In this document: in pieces, positions 27,695-36,982 of the stretch
Layout: each line of letters opens with the position of its first letter
Numbering within the stretch: position 1 is the first letter of the stretch
NCBI GenBank assembly: GCA_045644145.1
Contig: JAZRGK010000025.1
Location: 11,853-75,852 of the forward strand
Direction of reading: 5' to 3'
From: Candidatus Flemingiibacterium sp.
Lineage (GTDB): Bacteria > Bacillota > Clostridia > Oscillospirales > CAG-272
Length of the DNA stretch: 64,000 bases
Translations under genes and position numbers: made by a program
Notes under the pieces: model-generated
Told to the model about the DNA's origin: nothing
What the model saw: the letters and a program-made list of their open reading frames with translations, nothing else
The model's database searches: none

Positions 27695-29161
27695 TTATAT
27701 TTTTTTGCGGTAAAGACCGCCCGGCAGTGATTCTATTGCCGCGTATACTTCAAGAACAGTAAGAGATGACAGCACATCCGCGACATCAACGCCGTTTTTC
27801 ACAAGCTTATCTGTGCTTACCGCCTCTTTTTCAGGAAATGCCGCCAAAACCTTTTTCTGCGTATCTGAAAGTCTGTTTAATATCTGCTCACGCTCAGAAA
27901 GAATATCACCTGATCCGGATTCAGCCACAGTTTGTTTTTTCTCCGTTTCATCCTGCATCATCGGCTCATCTTTAAGCGTTTTTCTGCGTTTTTGCGGTTT
28001 ATAGGATGTTTCCGTCTGATTTTTGTATCCATTTCTGCCGATTTGCAGGAATTTGCGACTGCTTCCACCGGAAGGATACCCCGAATTGTAATCTTCCGGA
28101 GTCGGTACATCCGGCATAGGAGCATTTTTTACTGTTTTACCCGACACGGGCACACGCAATCCGCCCGTCCGATCCTGATCCGAGGTAGATATAGGCTCAT
28201 TATCGGAATGTGTGGGAAGAGTGTAGTTATATTCATATCGCAGATACTTGTCATTATTTGCTATGCGATCTATTTTCGTAAGATTGAAACGTTCGGCAAA
28301 ATCCTCGATTATGTCCTCCGTGCAGGTTACGACTTTGGCGCCGTCTCTTATCATACGCAAAGGCCCCACGCTGTTGACAGCACCGATATTTCCGGGCACA
28401 GCATAAACCGCTCGTCCCTGATCCGCGGCGTGGCGTGCCGTAATAAGAGCACCGCTCTTACCGTCGCCCTCAACAACGATTACCGCATCTGCAAGACCGC
28501 TGATTATACGGTTTCTTATGGGGAAATTACGTCCGTACGGCGGTGTGTTGGGTTCGAACTCGCTTACTACCATTCCGTGCGTCCCGATCCAGTCGAGAAG
28601 ATTCTTATTCTGTGCCGGATAGGGAACATTAACCCCCGAGCCAAGCACCGCAACAGTGGGCTCTTCAAGGAACACCGCGGTGCTGTTAGCCGCGGAATCT
28701 ATACCGTACGCCGCACCGCTTATTATAATTGCACCATACGCTATAAGCTGGCGTGCAAGCATGAATGTGATATGCTTGCCGTAGTTGGACATTTTTCTCG
28801 TACCTACGATGCTTACGCAAAAGCGCTCGTTAAGGTCTTCGATCATTCCGCGCACATACAGAACAATAGGCTTATTGTGAAGAGATTGCAGTCGGCGCGG
28901 ATAATTTTCAGAAACGCAGGAGACAACCCGTATTCCGTTCATAAAGCAAAACTCAAGAATCCGCTCTGCAGAAGACAGATCATGATTTGTAAGGCGCTTA
29001 ATAAATCCCTCACTGCATTCTTTAACCGCAGCAATACGCTCATAAGGAGCTTCGTATATTTCACGGGCGCCGCCGGGAAAATGCTTTAACATTTTCACCG
29101 CATCAGCATGTCCGGCCCCATTCTTCTGTGCAAGCCATACCCAATAAACAATATCATTCAT
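27695..29161 (-). CDS. dprA: DNA processing protein DprA/Smf with extended low-complexity linker
   Basis: Motifs are SGAAYGIDSAA, FPIRNRIISGL and a C-terminal winged-helix-like tail. The best start is ATG 29161, 9 nt after AAAGGA; the track start at 29179 is TTG. Confidence 0.9.
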   Translation of the reverse strand: MNDIVYWVWLAQKNGAGHADAVKMLKHFPGGAREIYEAPYERIAAVKECSEGFIKRLTNHDLSSAERILEFCFMNGIRVVSCVSENYPRRLQSLHNKPIVLYVRGMIEDLNERFCVSIVGTRKMSNYGKHITFMLARQLIAYGAIIISGAAYGIDSAANSTAVFLEEPTVAVLGSGVNVPYPAQNKNLLDWIGTHGMVVSEFEPNTPPYGRNFPIRNRIISGLADAVIVVEGDGKSGALITARHAADQGRAVYAVPGNIGAVNSVGPLRMIRDGAKVVTCTEDIIEDFAERFNLTKIDRIANNDKYLRYEYNYTLPTHSDNEPISTSDQDRTGGLRVPVSGKTVKNAPMPDVPTPEDYNSGYPSGGSSRKFLQIGRNGYKNQTETSYKPQKRRKTLKDEPMMQDETEKKQTVAESGSGDILSEREQILNRLSDTQKKVLAAFPEKEAVSTDKLVKNGVDVADVLSSLTVLEVYAAIESLPGGLYRKKI

Positions 29162-29394
29162 GATAGTCATTCCTTTCAAGCGTGTTCAAAACGGTTCGTA
29201 TTCGTTTGAAAAAGCATGGCAGATGCTTCCTACAAAAATAATATACCACATTATAGTATACCTCGTATTGGTGTAAATTGCAAGAGTTTTTTTCGATAAT
29301 TTGAAAATTTTCTTTTAATATTGAAGAAATATTATCATTATTCAGTATTATATGTGCTATTTTTATGCAGATTCGCCTCTGCTCATCCCTTATA

Positions 29395-29432
29395 CCGAAA
29401 AAATCCCCGACACATCCTGCAGATATGTCGGG
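29395..29432 (-). terminator. terminator after rqcH
   Basis: Stem cccgaca / tgtcggg with an inner atc/gat extension, followed on the minus strand by ATTTTTTCGG. Confidence 0.6.
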
Positions 29433-29439
29433 AACAGGG

Positions 29440-31191
29440 TTATTTTACTCTGAGTGCTGTTACAGTCTTTTCGTCGGGAGTAACATATGCCGTGTAGTTG
29501 GTGTTGTATGTTACAAATCCCGGTTTTGAGCCGCCCGGCTTACGGATATTGCGTATCAGGGTGTAATCAACGGGAACATTGACACCTTCGCTCACCTTGG
29601 AGTAATACGCCGCGATCATAGCCGCTTCCGTAAAATCACGCTCCGACGGTTCTTCCCCCTCCGTAAACATTACGCAGTGGGACCCCGGCTGATTTTTCAC
29701 ATGGAACCAATAATCCTGCTTATCGGCAACGCGAGTGGTAAGATGGTCATTCTGGTGATTGTTTTTGCCGCACAGCACGCGGTATCCGCCGCTTGTCTTA
29801 AATTCCATGAGCTTCGGCGCAGACAGCTTTTTAGCCGAATAATTCTTCATTTTTGAGGCATATCCTGAGCTGTGAAGCTCCTCTCTGATCTCCAAAATAT
29901 CGCTTTCGCTTTCAGCTCTCGTTAAAGAATCGAATACAGTGTAAATATATTCAAGCTCCGCATTTGCAAGCTTCATCTGCTTGGCAAGCTCAATTTCAGC
30001 AGTTTTAGACTTGTTGTAGCGTTTATAATATTTCTGCGCATTCTGTTGGGGCGTAAGCCTTTTGTCAAGGGGTATCACAATTTCGGGACAGCTTTCCTCG
30101 TAGTAATTTTCAAGCACCGCCGATTCCATACCGCGTGCAAGGCGGTAAATGTTGCCCGTTATAAGGTCACCCCACAGCTTGAATTTATCCTTTTCCACGC
30201 AGGCTTCAAGATCACGTCTTTGCAGTTCAAGCTTCTTGTGAAGCCTCGTTTCCGCATTTGTAAGGAGCCTGAAAATATCGGCAGTACGCTGACGGATGCG
30301 CTCCGCGCGGTCACGGCGTCCGAAATATTCGTCAAGAAGGGCGCCGAAGCTATCCATCTTCTTAACTTCAAAATCCGAGCCGTATTCAATAGGCTTGAAG
30401 AAGAAATATTCCACAGGTTTTCCGGACTTATCCGCCACAAGCCAAGGCTCAAACGCACCGTTCCTTATGCAGTCAGCCACAAAGGAAAAGCTTGCCCAAA
30501 GTTTGTCGGATGTACATTCAGAAGTAAGCGCATAGGAAGCGCCGCTGGCTTGGCAGGCAATCTCACGCGCCACCGGTGCTGAAAAGCCGTAGAAGTTTGA
30601 CAGAATAAACTTATCCGCAGGCATTTCGCCGACCGCATCAAGCGCACCGCGGAACTCCGCCTCGCTAACCGTCAGTGGACAGTATTTCTTCTGCTCCGGC
30701 GGAAGCTCATAAGGAAATCCCGGAAGTATCTGCCTTACGTTACTTGTGGCAAGATCAATTATTTTAAGGGCACTTACCACCTTTTTCTCGTTGTTTAGCA
30801 ATATGATATTGCTGTACTTGCCCATTGTTTCGGTAACGATGTATTTCTTGGTTTCAAAGCCCATCTCATCGTAGGAATCAAAGGCAAATTCCACAGCGCG
30901 CTCAAATCCAAGCTGTGTGACCGCAGATATCCTCGCCCCCGTCAGATGCTTGCGAAGAAGCATGCAGAACATAGGCGGTGCGGCAGGATTTTCCTTTACC
31001 GCCGAGGTTATATTGAAGTGAGGATTATTGGTTCCCGACGACAGCGATAGCCGCATATTTTCCCGTCCGAGGTGAAGGAGAAATACTATTTCATCCTTCT
31101 CCGGCTGTGTTACCTTTTCAACTCTCGCACCAACTATCCGCGAGTTCAGCTCATATACAATAGCTGACACCATTCCGGCATCAAAAGCCAT
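29440..31191 (-). CDS. rqcH: NFACT-family ribosome quality control protein RqcH (FbpA/Rqc2 homologue)
   Basis: 583 aa with N-terminus MAFDAGMVSAIVYELNSRIVGARVEKVTQPEKDEI, a coiled-coil middle and a C-terminal NFACT-R region (DYWFHVKNQPGSHC). Confidence 0.88.
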   Translation of the reverse strand: MAFDAGMVSAIVYELNSRIVGARVEKVTQPEKDEIVFLLHLGRENMRLSLSSGTNNPHFNITSAVKENPAAPPMFCMLLRKHLTGARISAVTQLGFERAVEFAFDSYDEMGFETKKYIVTETMGKYSNIILLNNEKKVVSALKIIDLATSNVRQILPGFPYELPPEQKKYCPLTVSEAEFRGALDAVGEMPADKFILSNFYGFSAPVAREIACQASGASYALTSECTSDKLWASFSFVADCIRNGAFEPWLVADKSGKPVEYFFFKPIEYGSDFEVKKMDSFGALLDEYFGRRDRAERIRQRTADIFRLLTNAETRLHKKLELQRRDLEACVEKDKFKLWGDLITGNIYRLARGMESAVLENYYEESCPEIVIPLDKRLTPQQNAQKYYKRYNKSKTAEIELAKQMKLANAELEYIYTVFDSLTRAESESDILEIREELHSSGYASKMKNYSAKKLSAPKLMEFKTSGGYRVLCGKNNHQNDHLTTRVADKQDYWFHVKNQPGSHCVMFTEGEEPSERDFTEAAMIAAYYSKVSEGVNVPVDYTLIRNIRKPGGSKPGFVTYNTNYTAYVTPDEKTVTALRVK

Positions 31192-31243
31192 ATTCCGATC
31201 ATTCCTTTCTGGAAAAATTCAAGTTTGAAAAATGATCAATTTT

Positions 31244-31939
31244 TCAAACTTCATCCCTGAAACCTACGATATAGATTTTTTTGCGTAAAATTCTGCCTCC
31301 AAAGCTTTCGGCAAGCGAGGCAGATGCCTTGTTTTTCGAGGCGCACTCATATATGACCGTATGACCTTTTTCGTTAAGCTCCCGTATCAGCGCGCCAACG
31401 CATGCCTTGCCGTACCCCATACGGCGGTGTTCTTCAGCGGTATCAACGCCGATTTCCACCTCTTTAGGTGAGTCACTCGTCACCGGCTCGCAGGTATTTG
31501 CAACAGCAACGATTTTTTCGTCACGCACCGCGCCGTACAAAACATAGCCGTCCTCATAAAGCCCCTTAATATCCGTTTCGGTGAGGTCGGTGTAATTTTC
31601 ATCGCCCGTCAGACAGCGCACTTCGGGAAAAATCTCACATTCAACCTGTGAAAGCCCGTAAACATTATAAAAATCCTCAGAATCGGGACTTAGCGTAAAG
31701 CCATGCTCCGCCAAAAATGCCCCAAGCCGCTCACACGCCCATGTTACGGATTCTTCCGAAAAAAGCGTGTCTGAGCTTTCTCCAAAAATTCTAACAAATT
31801 CATCCGCAAGCTGCTTAACGCAAGGGTAGTACCAAAGCACAGCTTCGGATTCATCCGCGGTCAGTTCAAAGGGCACCGCCACTTCCGCATTTTCGTCGTA
31901 AAGCCATGACTCGTCCCGTTCTTTTTTTCGTATTACCAT
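31244..31939 (-). CDS. GNAT-family N-acetyltransferase with unassigned N-terminal half
   Basis: 231 aa. The C-terminal half has an acetyl-CoA binding-type motif (VDTAEEHRRMGYGKACVGALI). The SD is GGAGG. Confidence 0.7.
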   Translation of the reverse strand: MVIRKKERDESWLYDENAEVAVPFELTADESEAVLWYYPCVKQLADEFVRIFGESSDTLFSEESVTWACERLGAFLAEHGFTLSPDSEDFYNVYGLSQVECEIFPEVRCLTGDENYTDLTETDIKGLYEDGYVLYGAVRDEKIVAVANTCEPVTSDSPKEVEIGVDTAEEHRRMGYGKACVGALIRELNEKGHTVIYECASKNKASASLAESFGGRILRKKIYIVGFRDEV

Positions 31940-32002
31940 ATCCGCCTCCGAGCCGTGTATTGTATCTATTCTACATTACGGCATACGATTTGTCAAGTGG
32001 CA

Positions 32003-32040
32003 AAAGAAAAAATCACGCCGTCCTAAGAACGGCGTGATTC
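32003..32040 (-). terminator. rho-independent terminator after rpmF
   Basis: Stem aatcacgccgt / acggcgtgatt followed on the minus strand by TTTTTTCTTTTG. Confidence 0.8.
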
Positions 32041-32045
32041 TTCAC

Positions 32046-32225
32046 TTAGTCAACGTTGATAACCTGCTCACCCTTGTAGGTTCCGCATGCTCTGCAAACT
32101 CTGTGTGCGAGGTTGTACTCACCGCACTTGGGGCACTTAGTCATACCCGGCATTTCGAGCTTCCATACGTTAGATCTTCTCTTATCACGTCTCGCACTGG
32201 AGACTTTCTTCTTCGGTACTGCCAT
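32046..32225 (-). CDS. rpmF: 50S ribosomal protein L32
   Basis: I translated this by hand: MAVPKKKVSSARRDKRRSNVWKLEMPGMTKCPKCGEYNLAHRVCRACGTYKGEQVINVD*. The SD is GGAGGTG. At 59 aa it is below the track cutoff, and the plus-strand track ORF 32034-32243 is its antisense shadow. Confidence 0.95.
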   Translation of the reverse strand: MAVPKKKVSSARRDKRRSNVWKLEMPGMTKCPKCGEYNLAHRVCRACGTYKGEQVINVD

Positions 32226-32277
32226 TTCACGACACCTCCTTAACTGTATAACATTTTATATTATACATCAAATATTA

Positions 32278-32805
32278 TTATTTTTCAAGTAGTTTTTGCA
32301 AAATTGCAAGCCTTGGGTCAATTTCTTTTTTCACACAGCCGCAATCGCCCTCATTGAGGTCGTGCCCACACTTAGGACAAAGACCCTTGCAGTCATCACT
32401 GCAAAGCTCCTTCATAGGGAACTCCATCATGAGCTGCTCCGCGCAGGGAACATCAAGATCGAGCATTCCGTCAACTATTTCAATATAGTCGTCGGCATCC
32501 TCCTCGGCAGTGTTGACAAGCTCACCGCGGCGTACCACTGTCCTTGAAAATGACGTCTGAAAGCTTCTCGAAAGAGGCTTTAAGCACCGTGCACATTCGG
32601 CATCATACTCCGCACTGATTGTGATATCAAGGCTGATATATCCGCCCTTATTCACAATTTCGCCTTCGACCGAAATGGGTTTTGTAAAAACTACGCCTTC
32701 TATTTGTGTATCGAACGGGAACTCACTGTCAGCAAGCGAAAAGCTATGCTTTACGGGGAGCTTGTCTATCTCTCCGGAAAGAATTTTTCGCATATCCACT
32801 GCCAT
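32278..32805 (-). CDS. yceD: YceD/DUF177 family protein (large-subunit rRNA accumulation)
   Basis: 175 aa in the conserved position directly upstream of rpmF, with a C-terminal Cys cluster (CSDDCKGLCPKCGHDLNEGDCGC). Confidence 0.85.
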   Translation of the reverse strand: MAVDMRKILSGEIDKLPVKHSFSLADSEFPFDTQIEGVVFTKPISVEGEIVNKGGYISLDITISAEYDAECARCLKPLSRSFQTSFSRTVVRRGELVNTAEEDADDYIEIVDGMLDLDVPCAEQLMMEFPMKELCSDDCKGLCPKCGHDLNEGDCGCVKKEIDPRLAILQKLLEK

Positions 32806-32849
32806 AATGTACCTCCGTTTTTATGGTTACACAAAGTAGCAACTAATTT

Positions 32850-32878
32850 ATTATATATTATTTTATCCGATTTGTCAA
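32850..32878 (-). promoter_or_regulatory. consensus sigma-A promoter of yceD-rpmF
   Basis: Reverse strand reads TTGACA-17 nt-TATAAT. Confidence 0.65.
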
Positions 32879-32920
32879 TAGCTATAGAAAATTTCTCTAA
32901 ATTTGTTAACTTTAACGATA

Positions 32921-33520
32921 TTACATGGTTCTGCGGCCCTCAATAGCACGCATAAGTGTAACTTCGTCGGCATATTCAAGCTCCCCGCCAACAGGAATAC
33001 CGTAAGCAAGGCGCGACACCTTTATGCCGAGGGGCTTTATAAGCTTAGTCAAATACATGGCGGTAGCCTCCCCCTCCACCGTAGGATTGGTGGCAATAAT
33101 TATTTCGTTCACCGTGCCATCGCCAAGTCTTTCTATCAGCTCCCTGATGCGAAGCTTGTCCGGACCGACTCCGTCCATTGGTGAGATTGCGCCGTGAAGT
33201 ACATGGTATACGCCGCCGTATTCCTTGACCTTTTCAAGGGACATTACAGCCTTCGCATCTTCCACCACACAGATAACGGATCGGTCACGCTTCATATCAG
33301 CACATACCGAACAAATCTCTCCGTCCGATATATTCTGACATATGGAGCATGTGCGCACCTGCTCTTTTGCCCCGCGCACAGCCTCGGCGAAAGCCTCCGC
33401 ATCCTCCTTTGAAAAATCAAGCACCGCAAAAGCAAGCCTTACCGCCGTCTTTTTCCCGATTCCGGGAAGTTTTTGAAACTGCTCGATAAGCCGTTCCAGC
33501 GGAAGAATGTATTCCGCCAT
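32921..33520 (-). CDS. recR: recombination protein RecR
   Basis: 199 aa with an HhH N-terminus, the C4 zinc finger [16 protein letters not shown] and a Toprim domain. Confidence 0.96.
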   Translation of the reverse strand: MAEYILPLERLIEQFQKLPGIGKKTAVRLAFAVLDFSKEDAEAFAEAVRGAKEQVRTCSICQNISDGEICSVCADMKRDRSVICVVEDAKAVMSLEKVKEYGGVYHVLHGAISPMDGVGPDKLRIRELIERLGDGTVNEIIIATNPTVEGEATAMYLTKLIKPLGIKVSRLAYGIPVGGELEYADEVTLMRAIEGRRTM

Positions 33521-33526
33521 GACAGA

Positions 33527-33874
33527 TCAAAACAGCCCCGGAACGTTTATGTCGCCGGTAATCTTCTGCATTTCTGCGGCGTTTGTATCCTCAACCTTTT
33601 TGATTGCCTCATTTACAGCCGCAACAAGAGTGTCAGAAAGTGTTTCAATATCGTCGGGATCAACTATCTCAGGCTTAAGGTCAATATTAAGTATTTCCTT
33701 CTTGCCGTTGATCTTCACGCTGATCACACCGCCGCCCACGGATACGTCGTATTCGCGTGCATCAAGATCCGCCTGAAGCGCTTCCATATCCTCCTGCATC
33801 TTCTGCGCCTGTCTGATCATTGCGTTCATATTCTGGGGACCGCCGCCCATTCCCTTAGGTAAACGTGCTTTCAT
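33527..33874 (-). CDS. ybaB: YbaB/EbfC nucleoid-associated protein
   Basis: 115 aa in the conserved dnaX-ybaB-recR position, with sequence NMNAMIRQAQKMQEDMEALQADL. Confidence 0.92.
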   Translation of the reverse strand: MKARLPKGMGGGPQNMNAMIRQAQKMQEDMEALQADLDAREYDVSVGGGVISVKINGKKEILNIDLKPEIVDPDDIETLSDTLVAAVNEAIKKVEDTNAAEMQKITGDINVPGLF

Positions 33875-33898
33875 TTTTCTTATATCCTTTCAGTCTTG

Positions 33899-35497
33899 TT
33901 AATTGATTTCACCCGACGACCGCATAAGCTCGTCGAGCACACTACCTTTATCATCTTTTTTATCGGGAGCGTATTCAAGCTTAACATCGTTAGATGTGAG
34001 CCTGCCCTCCTCAAAGGTATTCAGTATTTCAAGCATTTCGGAAAACATGTTGGTAATAATGGTAAGCGCCATACGGTTTCCTGTGCGTATATGCAAAAGC
34101 TCGTCGGTATTTACCGTGAACCCTTTTGCCGATTCTCTAAGCAAACTGCCAAGCATGAGATCGCGCTCGCAGCACTTTTGGACAAAATCCGCCCAATACG
34201 GCAGTTGCCTGTACTCTTTTTTTACCGGCGGTTCTGTCGTATCTGCTTTAGCTTCCTCTTTTGGAGTTTCCTTTTTCTCATCTGCGGCATTAGCAGGGGC
34301 TTCATCAGCCCGTGGGGCAGTATCCGCCTGCGCTGTTACACGGTATGCACCGGATTTAAGCTTGTCCTCAAGAAGCGTCAGCCTTGCCGCAAGCGCCTCA
34401 TTGGTTGTGGAAAATCTTTCGTCACACATGCGAACAAGCGTCATCTCAGCGCACAGTCGTTTTGATGTGCTTGACATACGCATGGACACAAGCGCTTCAT
34501 CAAGAAGCTTCGCGTGATAAAGTATGGTTTCCGCCGCAAAGCGTCCGGATATATCCATAAGCTCAGCAAACTGCTTCTCGGAAAGATCAAGATATTCTCT
34601 TGCTCCCTTAGTGGTTCTTACCACAAGCATATCCCGATAGAAGCCGATAAGCTCCTGCCAGAATACCGTAATATCCTTGCTGGACATAAAAATCTTACCG
34701 ATTTCTCCAAATATGGTGTCGTAATCCTTATCGCACACCGCGCCGAGTATCTTTATGATGGCATCCCGTCCGCCGGTTCCGGCTATCTCCTCTACCGTTT
34801 CGGCAGTAACCGGGCGGTTATCACCCGAACACAGCTCAAGCAGCGAAATAGCATCGCGCATGCCGCCTTGGGCAAGGTGCGCAAGCATGAATGCCGCCTC
34901 GTGATCAAGCTCGATTTTTTCTTCCTTCGCTATATACTCAAGCCTTTCAGCGATAATATCGCTTGAAATACGTCTGAAATCGAAGCGCTGACATCTTGAA
35001 AGTATGGTCGCCGGAATTTTTTGAAGCTCGGTGGTGGCAAGTATAAACATAACATGAGCCGGTGGCTCCTCGAGGGTTTTAAGGAGTGCATTAAATGCGC
35101 TGGCGGAAAGCATGTGCACCTCGTCGATGATGTACACCTTCTTACTAAGTTCAGCCGGAAGATATTCCACCTCATCCCGAATCTGACGGATATCGTCAAC
35201 ACCGTTATTAGATGCGGCATCCATCTCTACGATATCAATACAGCTACCTCTATCTGCCGCAAGGCACGCCGCGCATTTTCCGCAAGGGTTTCCGTTTACG
35301 GGAGCTTCGCAGTTGACCGCCTTTGCAAGTATCTTTGCGCAGGTAGTCTTACCTGTTCCGCGAGAGCCTGTAAAAAGATATGCGTGGGACGTTTTCTTGT
35401 TTTCCACCCCATAACGGAGTATTGAAGTAATGTGATCCTGACCGCAGACATCCGAAAAGCTCTGCGGACGCCATTTTCTGTACAGTGCCTGATGCAT
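33899..35497 (-). CDS. dnaX: DNA polymerase III subunit tau (gamma/tau)
   Basis: 532 aa with Walker A GSRGTGKTT, a zinc module CEAPVNGNPCGKCAAC and DEVHML. Confidence 0.96.
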   Translation of the reverse strand: MHQALYRKWRPQSFSDVCGQDHITSILRYGVENKKTSHAYLFTGSRGTGKTTCAKILAKAVNCEAPVNGNPCGKCAACLAADRGSCIDIVEMDAASNNGVDDIRQIRDEVEYLPAELSKKVYIIDEVHMLSASAFNALLKTLEEPPAHVMFILATTELQKIPATILSRCQRFDFRRISSDIIAERLEYIAKEEKIELDHEAAFMLAHLAQGGMRDAISLLELCSGDNRPVTAETVEEIAGTGGRDAIIKILGAVCDKDYDTIFGEIGKIFMSSKDITVFWQELIGFYRDMLVVRTTKGAREYLDLSEKQFAELMDISGRFAAETILYHAKLLDEALVSMRMSSTSKRLCAEMTLVRMCDERFSTTNEALAARLTLLEDKLKSGAYRVTAQADTAPRADEAPANAADEKKETPKEEAKADTTEPPVKKEYRQLPYWADFVQKCCERDLMLGSLLRESAKGFTVNTDELLHIRTGNRMALTIITNMFSEMLEILNTFEEGRLTSNDVKLEYAPDKKDDKGSVLDELMRSSGEIN

Positions 35498-35524
35498 TCT
35501 GCGATCCCCCTCATCAAAAAATGG

Positions 35525-35829
35525 GACAAGCTATAAAATAAGGCCATACACCAAAAGCTCGAACTGCGCCTATGCGCGTGAACATCGGCATATACTCGGG
35601 ACAGGCGACCTTGCGGCACATTGAAGTGACCGCTTAATGCTGCTTGGTTCCCCACCTGACATGGTTCACGGCTTTCAATCGCGCAAGACCCATCCTTCAA
35701 CGCATAAAATCCGATGTGCAGACCACACAGAATCAGCCCTTACTAATGGGATCGCCCCTGCTGCAGCGGATTGCAGGTACAAGGCACCGCTAATTCCCCG
35801 GCCGGTATGGCCTTATTTTATAGCTTGTC
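35525..35829 (-). ncRNA. ffs: SRP RNA (long, Bacillus/Clostridium type with Alu domain), including a flanking 25-bp stem
   Basis: The reverse strand contains the domain IV motif GTCAGGTGGGGAACCAAGCAGC (GGAA tetraloop context) and the Alu-domain-like GCAATCCGC...CAGCAGGGGCGATCCC. It lies directly upstream of dnaX, like scr in B. subtilis. The core is about 35543-35815, and the outer coordinates include a perfect 25-bp inverted repeat. Confidence 0.8.
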
Positions 35830-35863
35830 ATTTTTATCGGGTGAATTTACCCGACAGTAATAT

Positions 35864-35892
35864 ATTATATCAGATATTTTAGGATAATGCAA
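35864..35892 (-). promoter_or_regulatory. sigma-A promoter of the SRP RNA
   Basis: Reverse strand reads TTGCAT-17 nt-TATAAT with a TG extension (TGATATAAT). Confidence 0.6.
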
Positions 35893-35932
35893 GAGTTTTT
35901 TGAAATTTAACACATGGTATATATTTTGCGTG

Positions 35933-36757
35933 CTATTTTTTTCGGAACAGCTTTCGGTATTCAACCGGCGATATCATGCAGTACCGTTTGAACATTTTTG
36001 AAAAATATGAGCTGTCGTATATTCCTATTGTCCTCCCCACTCTGTCGATAGAAAGCTCAGTCGACAGAAGCAGCGTCATGGAACGGTATATTTTAAGCTT
36101 ATTTAAATAGCTTATTGGAGATGCGCCAAAGGCGGATTTGAATTTTTTGATAAAGTATGTGGTCTGCATACAAGCGACCTTTGCAAGCTCCTCAACCTTT
36201 AACTGCCTGTCAAGGGACGCTTCCATATATTTTACCACTTCGGCAAACGGGTGTGTCTTTGCCTCAGCGTCAAGACGCGCCTCAGCATACATTTTTATAA
36301 TCTCCGCAAAATTCGCGAAGCACACAACATCATATACCGTATTTTTATTGTACTCGTGGCGTACCGAACCTTCAAAAAGCCGAGAAAGCACCTCCGGATC
36401 AGCGATATCCGCAAAATAATATCCGTCGCCAAAATTCAGTGCGTCACACCAATACTTCCCGCCTATCTTCATATCGAACGCAATCTCGTACATGGAAAAG
36501 TCGCCGCCGATGGTGGTATATGTACGCATTTTTCCTCGCGGCAGGAACGCAAGCTGCCCTGCTTTCAGAACGAAGCTCTTGTCTTCTATTTTTATATAAC
36601 ACTCGCCCGATACTACAAAGAAAAAGCAGTCGTTTATTCCTATATGTCCTATGGGATCACCTTTCCATGTTATAGGCGGAACATAAAGATAAGCCGCTAT
36701 AGGGGTAAGAGATATTTCATTGTCCGCAAAAGTCAGATTCCGGTATGTGTCTGTCAT
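35933..36757 (-). CDS. AraC-family transcriptional regulator (cupin sensor + HTH)
   Basis: 274 aa with an N-terminal cupin-like half and two C-terminal AraC-type HTH repeats (LKVEELAKVACMQTTYFIKKFK..., SIDRVGRTIGIYDSSYFSKMFKR). It is divergent from nagA. Confidence 0.88.
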   Translation of the reverse strand: MTDTYRNLTFADNEISLTPIAAYLYVPPITWKGDPIGHIGINDCFFFVVSGECYIKIEDKSFVLKAGQLAFLPRGKMRTYTTIGGDFSMYEIAFDMKIGGKYWCDALNFGDGYYFADIADPEVLSRLFEGSVRHEYNKNTVYDVVCFANFAEIIKMYAEARLDAEAKTHPFAEVVKYMEASLDRQLKVEELAKVACMQTTYFIKKFKSAFGASPISYLNKLKIYRSMTLLLSTELSIDRVGRTIGIYDSSYFSKMFKRYCMISPVEYRKLFRKK

Positions 36758-36982
36758 AGCGCGACTCCTTCCGCCAATTTCTTTCTGTACGTTGCAATAT
36801 TTTACCTTTTTAATTTTTTATCCGCACGTTACAGCACATATTAGGTGAGGAGTATGTGCAATATTTTTTTATAAAAAGCAAAATAATACATTTACTATTA
36901 CAGTATACTGCTTTATAATTAAAATGTCAATAGCTTCAACAGATAATTTTAGTAAATTACAGCTACGCAAGGAGAGATTGGA

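Noticed and set aside
29180-29394. A/T-rich 215-nt gap between rqcH and dprA, examined for small ORFs or RNA elements.
   Set aside because: It contains only a plausible dprA promoter (TTTACA-16-TATAAT on the minus strand) and the rqcH terminator. There is no SD-preceded ORF or convincing structure.
32034-32243. 69-aa plus-strand ORF in the gap between the GNAT gene and yceD.
   Set aside because: It is the antisense shadow of rpmF (L32). The rpmF translation, SD and terminator are all clear on the minus strand.
34217-34223. A7 run inside dnaX (GTA AAA AAA GAG on the coding strand), considered as a possible programmed frameshift or transcriptional-slippage site producing a short gamma subunit as in E. 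coli or Thermus.
   Set aside because: After a -1 or +1 shift the alternative frames stay open for about 27 and 34 codons, with no immediate stop. I saw no downstream stem-loop or upstream SD-like stimulator. Firmicute dnaX is generally thought to make only tau.
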